Part shown: piece after piece, positions 26,819 through 41,623 of the stretch
How positions within the stretch are numbered: the stretch's first letter is position 1
Layout: every line of letters begins with the position of its first letter
Source: Eledone cirrhosa
Lineage: Eukaryota
DNA: 64,000 nt
Direction: 5' to 3'
Assembly (NCBI GenBank): GCA_964016885.1
Contig: OZ024743.1
Span: forward strand, 36,022,001-36,086,000
Position numbers and translations under genes: made by a program
The notes under the pieces: model-generated
Seen by the model: only the letters and a program-made list of their open reading frames with translations
Told to the model about the DNA's origin: nothing
Database searches by the model: none

Positions 26819-27626
26819 ACTGATAAACGTAGTTTTAATGGTAATAGAGTAATTATGACATTTAGACACTCCTAAAACCCCTGATATTATCCATTAATGG
26901 GAAGGTCATGACGTCATTGGTAGAATACAGACCGTTGAGATCAGAATGTATACTTAGAACACTGTTGACTCAGACGCTTCAACTCATTCTGTAATTAGTC
27001 TATGTGTACTGTCCTTTAAATTGTATAAGGAATGATTTATGACTCGAAAAGTGTTAATAGAACAGAATTGAATGAAAAAGAACAACAATAACAAAAAAAG
27101 CATATCTGGTTTTGAAGTGGTAACCTTGGCTTTATGAAAGGAATGCTGGAGGTCATAATGAAAGGTTATCGCAGATTGTAAGCCCTAATACCTTGAAGAG
27201 ACTCAGATGATTTTGGCTGCATGTTGATAATGAGAAGGGAGGAGGTAGTTCAGTATTGTAGCCCTGTTTCCCTTAAGATATGTAGGTGTCGAAGGTGGGT
27301 GAGTGTGACGAATTATAACTCAGTTTCATCTCTAGGAAATTAGCTAATCTCATTCCATGTATTGTCAATAGAAATGTCTTGGTGTATAGAGACATGTACA
27401 GGTGTGTATAGCTTTGTGGCAAATAAAAAATATCACTAGTACAACTGTAGCGTGTGACATGGCTGGCACTTCGAATTATTACAGGTACAATTCGATTTTG
27501 CTTGCTGAAAGGAGTTGTGTAGCGTGATATAAAGTGTCTTGCTCAAGGAGACGACACGACAATTCATACATTTATATGTATAGTCTAAAATTTGTCTATT
27601 TGTGTGCATGCATTTATGTATGTTTT

Positions 27627-27683
<57 letters not shown>

Positions 27684-27691
27684 GAGAGAGA

Positions 27692-27733
<42 letters not shown>

Positions 27734-28155
27734 TTTTGTGCAAGTAGGTGTATTTAATACACGTGCACATGCGCCATAATAGTCCAGTGGTGTGTGTGTG
27801 CGTGAAATGCGTATGCTGTGGTCAATGAGGTCATGTATAGATGTGCGTGTCCATACGTGGGTGTAAAAGAGAGAGTGAGAGATAGAGGGGGGGGAGGTAA
27901 AGAGGAAGCATCGGTATGATTCTACTCTTAACTTCCTTCTTCCTCCTACTCTCGTATATTAGCCCATGACATTCCTTATCTAACATCTGCTCATTTGGCG
28001 TTCAAAATTATTCCACCATTTCCTTATGCACACACACACAGACACACACATACACACACACGCCCGCGTTCACACTTTATCTCTATTTCTCATATATACA
28101 GTTTATCTATATGTCTCTACATCTCTTTATCTCTATTTCACTATATATCACTTCT

Positions 28156-28202
<47 letters not shown>

Positions 28203-28389
28203 GAGGCACTCGCGCGTCCATACATAGATATGCAAGCTCATATGTCATGCACGTGCCTTGAGTAAATGCTCAGGGTAGGCAGTTTGCATGAATAAAGTAA
28301 ATTGTCGACTAAGGACTACGATAAATACGGAGCAATATTTTGAAGAAATCGAGTTACTTTTGTATATAATTGCAATAAGTGTGGCTTAA

Positions 28390-28900
28390 TTTGCAGGTCC
28401 GCTGGTGAGTTTGACTATCTCGAGGGTTTAAGGAAACTTAAAAGAATAGGCCTAATTAGGCAGTTGGGTGGATGCTGTAGGTATATCGGCGATATGTTTC
28501 TTCCTAATTATAGGCATTCGAGGGTTTGCTGCACAAGACCTATCCAAAGAGTTTCAAGGTGAATAGGAATAGATGTGACGTTAGCAAGGTTAATTATTTA
28601 GATCTGACTATCGAAATAGACAGCGAGACGATAGTTACAAAGGTCTCCAATAAGACTAACGACTTTAACTTGAAGGTGGCTTGGATACCCTTTGCATTTA
28701 GCTGTAGGCCAATATCTTTAGGATACAACGTGTTATCTAGTAAAGTTATACGTTATGGTAGGCTAAGTAGCTAGCTGAATGTTTTTAAGGGGGTAGTAAA
28801 TAAACTTTTAAAACATTTGGTAGGACAGGGATACTAGGAGAAATTTCCCATACGGCGCCTTCGTAGGTGCTGTGGCGGTAAAAGGGAGATTCTGGGAAAA
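28390..28900 (+). pseudogene. Penelope-like element RT fragment (Naiad-type palm/thumb), decayed
   Basis: CRYIGD (from RYIDD)...YPKSFKVN...VNYLDLTIEI...TKVSNKTNDFNLKVAWIPF..SCRP...YNVLSSKVIRYGR...LVGQGY resembles the PLE pattern YLDL...YDKRDDFNF...FP...SNIP...Y..SQLIRY.R...QGY. Confidence 0.75.
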
Positions 28901-30619
28901 ACTTGGGGTTATTTCTAGTTTGCAGACTTTGAAATTAACTTATTTATATTAAGACATTATAAGCTTAGCGTGTTTAAGAGAGATTCCAAAACATTTTGGT
29001 GGGTTTGTTTCACATTGCTTTGGAAAGCGTATAGCTCGGAATTTAAGTTGATTTAATTTTAATTTTTATGTATTTGCTTTCAGTAAATTTTGTATCACTA
29101 TGAATGTTCAAAAAATATTTATATCTAACCTCTAGCGTAAATTTTCTCGGAGAGGACCCGAAACAAAACATTTTGATGAATTTGGATGAATATTTTAGAA
29201 AATATGATAATTGGAATGGTCAGTGAATTGGTCGAAATCTTGTCTAATTAGGTCTAAATGAATAATTAGCCATATTTGTGATGTCATATCTTTGAAACTG
29301 GGGTGATAATCATCATCAAATTACACAAATTAATAGTGTCCATGGAATAACAGTTGCTTATGTTTTCAGGTTCTTGAAACTTTTTTCCAATTTAAATATT
29401 TATGAAAAGCTTATTTTGTTGCAAGTAACAGTCAATTTCGAAACGTGAGCGGAAACTTTTCATGTGTTTTCAGACTTAGTTAAATCCGAAAGTAAAAGCC
29501 ATAAGGACTTGAATTTTGGCATATTTGTAGTAGGTATAGGACTAAATAAACTGTGAGATTTTGGGATACGATACTAACCATTTCAATAAAAATTTAATGG
29601 ATTATTCGAATTGGCTATAAACAATTAGAGTGATTAAAAGCTGTCGCAAGCTTTTCATGCATTTTCAGACATGGCTATATTGCAATTCGTTATCTGTAGG
29701 GGACTCAGTTTTGACACTGGTACGAGGTATAAAATTGAATCCTCTCAGTTTGGATCTTTACAATACATCTAATAGGTATATCTGTAAAGCTCCGTGGAAA
29801 GGGCGACACGCACTTGATCATTTTCATGTCAAAATACATTTTTTTTCGCGAAAAATTACATATCATTTGAAAGTTCTGGATGTGAACTTTCTTCTCGTAT
29901 ACTTTTGATCAAAGTCCAACTTACATATCATGGTCGCGAATTCAATACAGGCATTGCCGAGGCTTAAAGGTTAACCAAACTGTTACAAAGTGTTAGTGAT
30001 ATTTAATAAAATTATTCAATTTTATTTAATTATTAGTGAAACTTTCTCAGAATTACATATAGATCTAAATTATAAAACAAACAATATGTGAAAAATAATT
30101 CCTCTTAGCAAACTCGTTAGTTGGAGAGAGAGAGAGAGGTATCGGCAATTCCCGTATTGAAATTGCGAGAAATCTTTCTTATGGTTTAAAAATCTTGAAG
30201 AAAATATGTTCTTTTCTAAGCGAAAAAGAACAGTAAAATTTCCACTTTTATATGTCATAACGATTATCTGATCTACTCACATCAATTTTTATATCAAAAT
30301 AAAGCAAAACAAAATCCTTTTGAGGATTGTATCATTTTCAACACAAACCAAGTTATAGTGCTCCAGTGCATTGAACTAGAACTAGCGTTAATGTTCAGCA
30401 GTCAAAAACGAAAACGGGATGAAAGTTGTCAATGGGTGGAAATGCGAGGGTGATTGAGGGGATATGACACTGGCATGATATTCATGTGTCGGATTTTGGT
30501 CAAAAGTATATAAGAAGAAAGTTCACATCTAGAACTTTTAAATGATTTATAATTGTCCACGGAAAAAAATGTATTTTGATAATGGTCAAGCAAAAAGTAG
30601 ATTTTTTGCGAGGTCAAAC

Positions 30620-31449
30620 TGTGCTTGTCACCTCTTTTCGGTGCTTTACTGTGTGATACCTACTTGAAGAGTGTGTAATTTTACATTGAAATTGTAGAAA
30701 TCTAACCTGTTTGCACCGACTGTATGGTATGACCTAGCTTGGTTTAAAGGTAATAACATTCTAAAAACCTTTGTTAGTATTTAAGTTTGACTGATATTTG
30801 ACCGGAGGGCATCAGCTAGTGGTGTCTTTATACTTACTTTATCACATTCTTTGCGTTCGCCTTGAAGAATGGTCGCATATTTTGGAACAATCCAGGCAAG
30901 TCAGTCTGTGATTATGTGTTTTATACATGTAAGTTTGTGTATATATTATTTAATCTTAATTATGTTTTGCATTTATGTGTATATATTATATTTATTTGTA
31001 TGTAAATAATGACACTGGGGTTTATACCTTTTGTTTGGCAGGAGTCATGGGTACAGGTTAGCGTTCGGTTAAGGGTGTTTGCTGAGGCAGAGATTGGAGC
31101 AATAACGGTCTTATTTACATACACACACACACACACATATATATATATTGCACCATACTGACGTATCTTCGCTAATTTCAGAATTTTCTGTGGTGTTGTG
31201 TGAAATATTTGCCTCGCACACAATTGATTTGATATTACATTTCTGTTGGAGGGGGCAGTTCTCTTTAATCCTTCAAGAGCAGCTTGGATTAACGTGAAGT
31301 ATATTCTTTGCAGTAATTTTTGATCTCATAGACGGTCTACCTGAATAGGATATCTTGACTGAATTGCAATTGAATACTTTACTGTATCTATGTTGTGGTG
31401 GGAAATGTCTGTCTATTAAATCTAAAAATTCTTACCAACATTAGTCTTT

Positions 31450-31452
<3 letters not shown>
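30620..31452 (-). pseudogene. Penelope-like element fragment (Neptune-type linker, Cys knuckle, decayed GIY-YIG region)
   Basis: 31452-31190 reads [45 protein letters not shown] and CS*RIKENCPLQQKCNIKSIVCEANI, like KTNIG...HFP...FNRN.VKISYSC and CNCR...CPL...C...IVY; the part left of 31150 is only weakly supported; abuts (TA)n. Confidence 0.72.
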
Positions 31453-31493
<41 letters not shown>

Positions 31494-31578
31494 TTATTTC
31501 CGTAGGAAGGGTAAAGGAAAGGAGAGGGCTCTATGTAAGCTACATAGCTATATATATTTATTAAATATTTGCTCTATG

Positions 31579-31616
<38 letters not shown>

Positions 31617-31659
31617 CGAGCCCTCTTCGTATTTTAGTCTTCACATTTATTATTATTAC

Positions 31660-31714
<55 letters not shown>

Positions 31715-32094
31715 TATATTATAGAGAGAGAGAGAGAGAGAGAGAGGGGGAGGAGCAGAGAGAAAAACAGAGAGAGGGGATAGCGAGAAAGAGAAAGATA
31801 CTAAAGGAAGCTTGAATTCCCTTGCGGTCGCCTGGTGTTTCTTCTAGCTGGTCAGATCTTGAGTTTTAGACAGAGTCTTAAAGGATAATCTGTTAATCAA
31901 TTTATTTTTTCTGATGCTGTTTAACATTTGTTATCTGAATCGATTTACTCTTCGTATCTCAATTATCTACAGTTGATGCTTTCAGATGTAATTTACCGCG
32001 AAATCTAGTGGAGGGGTGGGGTACAATTATGAATGCAATAGATGCACCACATTTACTACACAAGCTTACTGCCACAGATGGGATGAATGGACCT

Positions 32095-32262
32095 CAGTCT
32101 GCTTTGTCGACGAGTGTTCCAGTTGTTCGATCAATGGAACAGCCTGCTTATGAATTAACGTGCACGTGGCTGAACATTGGATAGACACGTGTACCCCTAA
32201 CGTAATTCTCAGGGATATTCAGCGTGACACGGAATGATAATTTTGGCCTTTTAAATTACTTT
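32095..32262 (-). mobile_element. SINE family C, 3' part
   Basis: GAACAGCCTGCT...TTAACGTGCA...GACACGTGTACCC is antisense to 59090-59190; similar piece at 43045-43150. Confidence 0.7.
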
Positions 32263-32322
32263 CCATACAATTTCACTAACATTGTTGGTTAACATAAATG
32301 ACACTTGCTCGCCGTATGTATG

Positions 32323-32407
<85 letters not shown>

Positions 32408-32574
32408 CTAAGATAAGATTTCTCGTTGTTCCTTCTCTGAATTTCGCGAACAGCCTTTTTTCGTGTTAGTCAACCTAAACATATATATATATAGTGCCAC
32501 TTTACACTTTAATATCAAAATTGAGAAAGTAAGTAGAAACATAACACCACTCTGCACAGGATGATACACAAATG

Positions 32575-32706
32575 TTGACCTGTTATCCGTGAAATACTAG
32601 GGTCAGTTTTTATCCAAGGTCCACGGAAAATTCCAGATTTTTTGGCCCCTAAAATAGAGGGTTCGACCTTTACAAGAGATCGACTATTGTTCGAGTATAT
32701 ACGGTA
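32575..32706. mobile_element. Tc1/pogo-type DNA transposon end fragment
   Basis: Ends CGAGTATATACGG|TA, a typical TA-flanked CCGTATATACTCG terminus; no partner TIR seen. Confidence 0.5.
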
Positions 32707-32938
32707 TATATATATATCAGTGTTTTGATAACTTGCCTGGTATAAGCAGTATTTAAAGTCGAATTTCACAATAATATTGTAGATAGCGATTTTAAGACGC
32801 ATTCGATTACGTACTAGACAATGAAACATATGTTAAAACTTGGAATAAACTCTACTATATAGCTTATCTGTGTTAATTTTCATTCATTCGTTATACACAC
32901 ACACACTCATATATATATATATGCATATATATATATGC

Positions 32939-32970
<32 letters not shown>

Positions 32971-33601
32971 ATGCATATATTTGTTAGAAAATGAAGGAAA
33001 ACTCAGCCGCAGGTAAATAATTGTAAATACAATTGGTTGCTACAAAATAGCTTAGAAATTTAGTTAAAGACACTCCATAGACTCCAAAAAAGTGATTGGC
33101 AATCGCTATGAAGAATTGAACTCCATATATATATATATAATATGCATAATCATTGAAATAATATAGTACTTACTATTCAGGAATATAACAACACAACTTC
33201 CGGTAATGGCTGCCCGTTTACGTAAATGTCCGCAACTTTGTTGGTTTTGATTTAACATTTTTTTAGTTATTTCTGAAATGGATAAAAATATAAACAAAAT
33301 TAAGTTAAGTGCTAGAATTAATTATTTGTTTTTTCATAATTTGATATTAATATTGATCTTAACTAATATTAAAAAAATTTTGTTGGGATGGGATGCCTGC
33401 CGAGGTTGGCTGCAGAGATTCTTATATTATATTACTCGTTTCATAGTCTGTAGAGATTAAGTCGTTCATATCGACCCGAGTAGATATTTACTTTTCACGT
33501 TTGGTACATATTTTATCGATCACTTTTTGTCAAGCCACTAAGTTACAGAACATAAACAAACAGTAAACCGAAACATAGATGAAGGCTCGGCCCCCCCCCC
33601 C

Positions 33602-33671
<70 letters not shown>

Positions 33672-33975
33672 GAATGTCTTTCCGAAAAGGAATAGAGGGA
33701 AACCACAAGTATACTCAATACATTAGTAGAGAAGGTACATATTTATTTCATATAGAAATGGCTTCTACGGGACTAGAACTGTTTCCTTCGTTTGAAATCA
33801 TTAGGAATATCCATATTCCAGATAATTTAAAACAAATGAAATAATTCCACTCTCATAGAAGACATTTCTATGTGAAATACGTGCATACCCCCTCCCTCCA
33901 CACACACGCACACATTTATTCTACAGATATATTCTACAGGACAAGACCTGTTTCATTCGCATACGCTGTTTGTTG

Positions 33976-34052
<77 letters not shown>

Positions 34053-34296
34053 GATAGGTAGATATATCGTTACATGTGAGTATATATTACTGGTTTCTAC
34101 CTTAGGCCCAACGTGAGCAATATTGAGGGTAGAATAAAGTCGATTCAATCCACTCAGTACTTGACTGTTACTTTATTTTATGTCTATCCAGGAAGAAAAT
34201 GAATAATTGCAAAGTAGACCTTGACAAATATTTGAACTGACCACATTAAGCAAAGTGCTATGATTAAATTAAGGAGGGCAGGGCATTTTGTCAAGA

Positions 34297-34432
34297 TTAT
34301 GATGACGATGATGACGATGATAATTATGATGACGACGACGTTGATGATAATGATGATGATGACGACGGCAGTGATGACGATGATGACGACGAATACGACG
34401 GCGACGGTGATGATGAAGATGATGATGATGGT
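34297..34432. repeat. (GAT/GAC)n trinucleotide repeat
   Basis: Direct inspection. Confidence 0.9.
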
Positions 34433-34562
34433 GGTAGAGAAGACTGTTGCTATAACAAATTGTAAAAAAGTCCCCGAATGACACCCGCTACCATGGAAGT
34501 GTGTCACATCACTACTACCATTAATAGTAAGTATATACATACACATACACGTGCATGTCCAC

Positions 34563-34624
<62 letters not shown>

Positions 34625-34630
<6 letters not shown>

Positions 34631-34833
34631 AATACAATATAATTACCTCATTACCAGAGGTTTCCCGAATAAGACGAATACAAGAAACGTCCTCATTCGT
34701 TCGTCAGACAAGGCAATTTAAAACATAGACAATGTTTTAAATTGCCTTGTCTGACGAACGAATGAGAACGTTTCTTGTATTCGTCTTATTCGGGAAACCC
34801 CTGGTAATGAGGTAATTATATTGTATTGTTTAT
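34625..34833. repeat. Near-perfect 209-bp hairpin abutting (TA)n
   Basis: 34625-34726 pairs with 34732-34833 (102 bp, 2 mismatches); loop AGACA. Confidence 0.95.
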
Positions 34834-34911
34834 TATACATTAAATTTAGCTCTGTAACTTACATAGAGCACTCTTGACTCCTATGACTTTTTCAATTTTC
34901 AACGTAAACTT

Positions 34912-34959
<48 letters not shown>

Positions 34960-35022
34960 AGATTTGAATGGATACAGTTTAGTTGAAAGGAATTTATTGA
35001 CACGTGTTTCTATAACAGTTAC

Positions 35023-35080
<58 letters not shown>

Positions 35081-35664
35081 AAGTATGTGGATACGTATAC
35101 ACGTGTATATAATGTGGCCAATACACATATTAAGACAACGAAAGTAGTAACAGTAACGGTAGAACCCCCTCCCCCTCCCCCTCCCGCCCTCTCTCTCTCT
35201 CCTTACATCGGGCATTGCCCAATATAGGTTTGTTATTTTTATTGATTTATTACTTTAAATAGAGTCAGGCAAACTATATTATTTTAAATTAGTATTTTTC
35301 AACCTAGCTAACTTTGTCATTTACAATTGGAACACATGTATACTTATATCTGTTTATATTACACGGCTCGGAAAGATTCCCTTCTTTGAGCTATTTAATT
35401 GTAAAAGACTATTTTATGTTTATAACTCAATCTATGATATATACACTTATATATATATCTATATCAGTAGCAGCAGAGGCAACAACAACAATAGTATAAA
35501 CATCGGGGTAAAAAGCCTGGTTATCACAGGCTTTAATCTAAAGCAAATTTGTTCCCCTCTGACAAACAACAATATTTTTCTAAATGACACTTGAAACACG
35601 AGACCCCACTCAGCCTTAGTAATTATCAGCAGCGGCAATAACAAAATACAGCAATAATAATTTG

Positions 35665-35872
35665 TGATTTAGGCACAAGGCTAACAATGTGGGAGGGAGG
35701 GGCAAGTCGATTAAATCGACCCCAGTGCATTACTGGTGCTTTATTTATCGACCCCCGTAAGGGTGAAGGTTAAGCTAATCCCGGCGGGTGTTGAACTCAG
35801 AATGTAAAGGGCCGTAACTCTTTGTCGCAAAGCATGTTGTCTGACGCTCTACCGATACTTGCACTTCGCCAG
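35665..35872 (-). mobile_element. SINE family A, long variant
   Basis: GGCACAAGG...GTCGATTAAATCGACCCCAGTGC...GAACTCAGAATG...CTACCGATAC. Confidence 0.85.
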
Positions 35873-35883
35873 CCTAACAACAG

Positions 35884-35918
<35 letters not shown>

Positions 35919-35933
35919 TGAAGAAAGAGAGAG

Positions 35934-35965
<32 letters not shown>

Positions 35966-36169
35966 GTATGTGTAAGAGAGAGAGAGAGAGTGTGTGTGTG
36001 TGTGGTATGTATATCAGAGTGTGTGAGTGTGTGTGGTATGTATATGAGAGAGAGTAAGTGAGCACGCGTGTATGTTTGTGTGTAGTTGAAGTGGCCATAC
36101 TCCTTCTTTTGTCGGTACTCCATTTCCGGTATGTCATTCAGAAGCCATGTCAGATCTTCACTTCGCACG

Positions 36170-36237
<68 letters not shown>

Positions 36238-36486
36238 TCACTCACTCACTCACTCACTCACTCACTCACTCACTCACTCACACAGGCATACACACATACA
36301 CGTTCAACTATCTATATGTGTGCGTACAATTAACTATATGTGTGTATGTACAATAACACATAGTGTGTGTCTGTGTGTGTTTGCATGAGGGTGAGATTGG
36401 TGGGAATGGTATATAGGAAGATTGAATGAGAACCAACAAACTATTGGGTTCAATACAATCGACTAAACCGGTGACCATTCTCTTAA

Positions 36487-36913
36487 ACCTTTAGCATTTA
36501 AACCAGCCATATCCGGCCAAAATTCTGTCACCTCTTTCTATTCAAACTGGCTGTACCTGGCTGCTCATACTGATGTTAAGGTAATGTACTCAAAATAAAT
36601 AACTGTTTCTACTTTAGGCGCAAGGCCAGCAATAACCCAGTGCATTACTGGTACTTTATTTTTATCGACCCCGTAAGGATGAAAGGTAAAGTCAACCTCG
36701 GCGGGGTTTGAACTCAGATCGTAAAGGGACGTAACTATGCTGGAAAGCATGGCGTCTGACCCTCTACCGATACTGCCAATCCACCGCCCTTGTACTCAAA
36801 ATAAAGAACGTCAAAATCTCACAGATTTGATATTATGAGAGATAAGTGTATAAGTTAAAGCTTTTACTGTGAAAATACAATAGTAAATATAGAGTAATGT
36901 AAATGCTAAAGGG
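36487..36913. mobile_element. piggyBac-type MITE, copy 3, interrupted by a SINE
   Basis: TTAA|ACCTTTAGCATTTA ... TAAATGCTAAAGGG|TTAA. Confidence 0.9.
36600..36790 (-). mobile_element. SINE family A type I, full length, 15-bp TSD
   Basis: TGTACTCAAAATAAA at 36585-36599 and 36791-36805. Confidence 0.93.
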
Positions 36914-37098
36914 TTAAATGGCCGCGGGGTGCAGTGACTAGAATACAAAAATTAAGTGGAAGCTGCTGATTGTAATCTTTGCCAGATTATTTATCAGCTA
37001 TAAAATTAATCGAAATCTCTTGCGCTCACATGTAGGCGTGAGTGGATTATGTAATTTCACCAACCACGTGTTACAGAAGTTTTCAGATAGTTTTAGAC

Positions 37099-37425
37099 CA
37101 GAGGTTCCCAAAGTTGTCAATATCAGCCTCCATGATATCGATAAAACTACCTAGAGGCCGATTAAATGTTGGGGTCAAAATATGATATCTGTATAAGTCT
37201 TATACTATAAGAAATGAAAATACTTAAAATATTACAATAAAATACAACTTAAAATACAACTTAAAATACAACAAGTTCCTGATTTATATGATATATAATT
37301 AGTCTCTTTATATTTTCTATATATTTTATAGCCTGTCTACTGATTTCTTTATTTATTTCTTTATATGATCGGGTTCAACGAGGAGTCAAGTATTCCATGA
37401 AGGAGTTGAGGATCTAAAACGGTTA
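37099..37425. mobile_element. Decayed hAT (Charlie-like) non-autonomous fragment
   Basis: Starts CAGAGGTTCCCAAA; the other end is degenerate. Confidence 0.4.
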
Positions 37426-38228
37426 TAGAGGGGTAAAAAAAAATAGACAAAGGCTCCTTAGTTTCTCTTAGAGTCGTATGGGTGCCGTCCTGACACACGG
37501 CGTGTCATGAACGTTTTAAACCAGGCGGAGCCCATTCTTTATTATTGATTAATTTCACTGAGATATAAATACATTATAAATCCCATTCATTGTTATTTGG
37601 GCACAGAAATAATTTCCACCAAGTGGAATGTTGTAAAATATTAAATGTATTCCATACCAACAGTGATATTTAGCTGTTTCTCTTGAAAACGGTGTCTCAT
37701 ACATACAAACATACATACATACATACATATACATACATAAATATATACATACACACACACGTACATACACACACATACATACATACATACATACACACAC
37801 ACACATACACACATACAAACACACACACATACATACATACGTACATACATACACACACGCATACATACATACGTACATATACATACGCACACATATATAT
37901 ATATACATACATACATACGTACACACACACATACATACATATATATATATATATACATACGTACATACATACAAATACAAAGATATATATATACATACAT
38001 ACACTCACACACACGCACACACATACATATACATAGATACATATGTAATTATATACATGTGTGTTATGTTTGTACGTAATATTTATAAGCCATATATGGT
38101 ATGTCTTGATATGCTTAACTATGGATGTGCTTAATATGGGTCTTAAACCGCCATTCTTACATTTCCATTGAAACTTATTCATAAGTCCGCAAACACACTC
38201 ACGCACATATAACACCCCCCTCCCCCCA

Positions 38229-39038
<810 letters not shown>

Positions 39039-39041
39039 CAT

Positions 39042-39639
39042 GGTGGCTGCCAACTCGTTTTCGAGTACGGCCACTACTTTATATCCATATAGGAGAACCC
39101 CTACCGATGCAGTGAACGAGTGTGACCTTTTAGTCCAGCCAGCGACTTGAAAACTCTGGTACAAACACTACACTTGTGACAAATATTGACACATAGTGCT
39201 GGGGCCATGGTACCCTGTGACGACAAGTGCAGAGAGATCTCCAGATATAAAGCAATGCCTGTGCCGTGAAGCTTTTATAGTGAGCAAAGGCACTGCACAA
39301 AGCCAGTCCCACTCTCTTAACCAAGATGATATTTACCAAAAAGAAGAACAAGTCAACATCATTGGATACCATCAGAGTTGCAGGTGTTATATCAGAGTTT
39401 TCCTTCTCCTAGAATTCTGCCTTGACAAAGGCTAAGGGGTCATCTCTCCCGGTGATTTTGGATGGCCATTGACTCTTAAGAGCTCCTTTGCCCTTTGACA
39501 GGTCTTGTTTTTAGTCCTGCAGGATGTCCAAAGTCACCCTCCTCACCAAGAAACCTTGGTGGGGTTGCCAGTTTAGTCGCCAACGACCCGACCATGGGAC
39601 AGGTTGTACTGGGATACATGTTACCAGTAGCACCAACTG
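39042..39639 (-). mobile_element. ~600-bp non-autonomous RTE-derived retroposon (NA-RTE), near full length
   Basis: Highly similar to the reverse complement of 62245-62842; contains CTAGGAGAAGGAAAACTCTGA; 3' end shared with the RTE at 55848; (CATA)n on both flanks. Confidence 0.9.
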
Positions 39640-39700
39640 CATACATACATACATATATACATACATATATATATACATACATACATACATACATACAAAT

Positions 39701-39777
<77 letters not shown>

Positions 39778-40214
39778 AAATCAATGTTAAACATCTGTAA
39801 GTTTGTCGTATATATTACAAAAATATATTTGTGTGCCATTTTTAAATGACACTTCTGGAATTCCTTTTAATATCATGTTTATTTTGGAAATAGTATTTGT
39901 TTGAAGTTGTCCAAAATGAATCTATGTAAACTGCTACTTAAGATATATATGGTTAGATATATATTTAAAAATTGTTTTAAGAAAGCCAGTAGATTCTATG
40001 GAGGAAATAAATGAGTGAAAACGCGAGTAAATTAAGACAAGACAATAGTTACACGTTTACCATATATTTTATATTTCATTTAAATATTTATATTGTTGGT
40101 TTGATTTGTTTTATTTTACCGTATTTCATTCCTTTCTTATTAACTTGAGTTGGCTTTTTTGAAATAGTTTTTTTGTGTACATAGTTCAAAATACTTCATT
40201 ATATATACGTAGAT

Positions 40215-40246
<32 letters not shown>

Positions 40247-40403
40247 GTATATATATGTATATATATATCCGTGACATATTCACGTTCGTGAGAATGCGTA
40301 CTCAATACCAAAGTAGAGTTTAAAATATTCTTATTATGGCTAAGTGTTGTTATTCTGAAGATTCGCCTGCATACTCACAAGACCATCTAACAAGACTTAT
40401 ATA

Positions 40404-40522
<119 letters not shown>

Positions 40523-40624
40523 AGCAGCCGGAGTTGCACGGATTCTCTTCGGCAAGTTTCGGAAACTTATATATATATGCAGGAGGTAAACAGAAATAAT
40601 GAAGCAAACGACACGCTAGTATGA

Positions 40625-40710
40625 AGAAATATATTAGTTTAACGCTTGATTTAGTAGGAAAAGTGTCTTAACCTTTCAGAGACTAGTCCGTCATCAGAAT
40701 ATAGAATGAG
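40625..40710 (-). mobile_element. Putative Penelope-like terminal repeat remnant, homolog of 42775-42860
   Basis: TTAGTTTAAC.TTGAT...TCTTAAC.TTTC.GA..CTAGTC..TCATC is shared; minus strand reads CTGATGA...GAAA. Confidence 0.5.
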
Positions 40711-41079
40711 AAATAAAAGATGAAATAAAAAGAAAGAAAGCGAGAAGAGGAAGGAAAGGAAAACAATTTTTTTTACAACAAAAACACAAACACGTGTGTA
40801 TTCAGTATGCATATACACACATACACACATATAAACAATATATATGTGTGTATACATATGTATAGATTACGTTACGACGAACATTGATATTAACTGTTAG
40901 TTTTTCAATATAGGCTTTTCTAAATCAGAAATATTCTCAAGACTCATCAATCAAACTATTATTGATTAACATTTTGTTTTAAAAATGTAACCTAAATTCT
41001 TTAACTGTTGACCTCCACCCCAACTATTATCCTGACTAACAGCAAACGTGAATCGATTCTCTACAACAACAATAAAAAT

Positions 41080-41623
41080 AATTGTTTCTACTATTGGCAC
41101 AAGGCCAGCAATTACCCAATGCATTACTGGTACTTTATTCTATCGACCCCATAAGGATGAAAGGCAAAGTTAACCTCGGCGGGATTTGAACTCAATAAAA
41201 ATAATGGCCTCTGATACAGGCACAAGGCCAGCAATTTTGGGGGAGGGGAAAGTCTAATAAATCGACCCTGTGTGATACTGGTACTTTATTTTATCGACCC
41301 CGGAAGGATGAAAGACAAAGTTAACCCCGGCGGATTTGAACTCAGAACGTAAAGAGCCATAACTCTATGCTGTAAAGCATGGTGTCTGACGCTCTACCGA
41401 TACTGCCAAACCACCACCCTCATAATAATGATTTCTACTATAGGCACAAAGCCAGAAATTTGTGGGGAGGGGAAGGTCGATTAAATCGACCCCAGTGCAT
41501 TACTGTTGCTTTATTTATCGACGCCATAAGGATGAAAGGCAGAGATAACCTCAGCGGGATTTGAACTCGGAATATAAAGGGCCGTAACTCTGTGTCGTAA
41601 AGCATGATGTCCGACGCTCTACG
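41080..41623 (-). mobile_element. Cluster of three head-to-tail SINE A copies (41080-41194, 41207-41420, 41430-41623)
   Basis: Three successive GGCACAA...AAGGATGAAAG...GATTTGAACTC units. Confidence 0.9.

Noticed and set aside
29120-29975. Larger TTAA-type DNA element ending AAAGG|TTAA
   Set aside because: No convincing partner TIR or second copy in the window
39130-39435. Short ORFs repeated in the NA-RTE copies (MVSNDVDL..., MLGPWY...)
   Set aside because: Shared only because the copies are similar; no recognisable domain, and ends vary between copies
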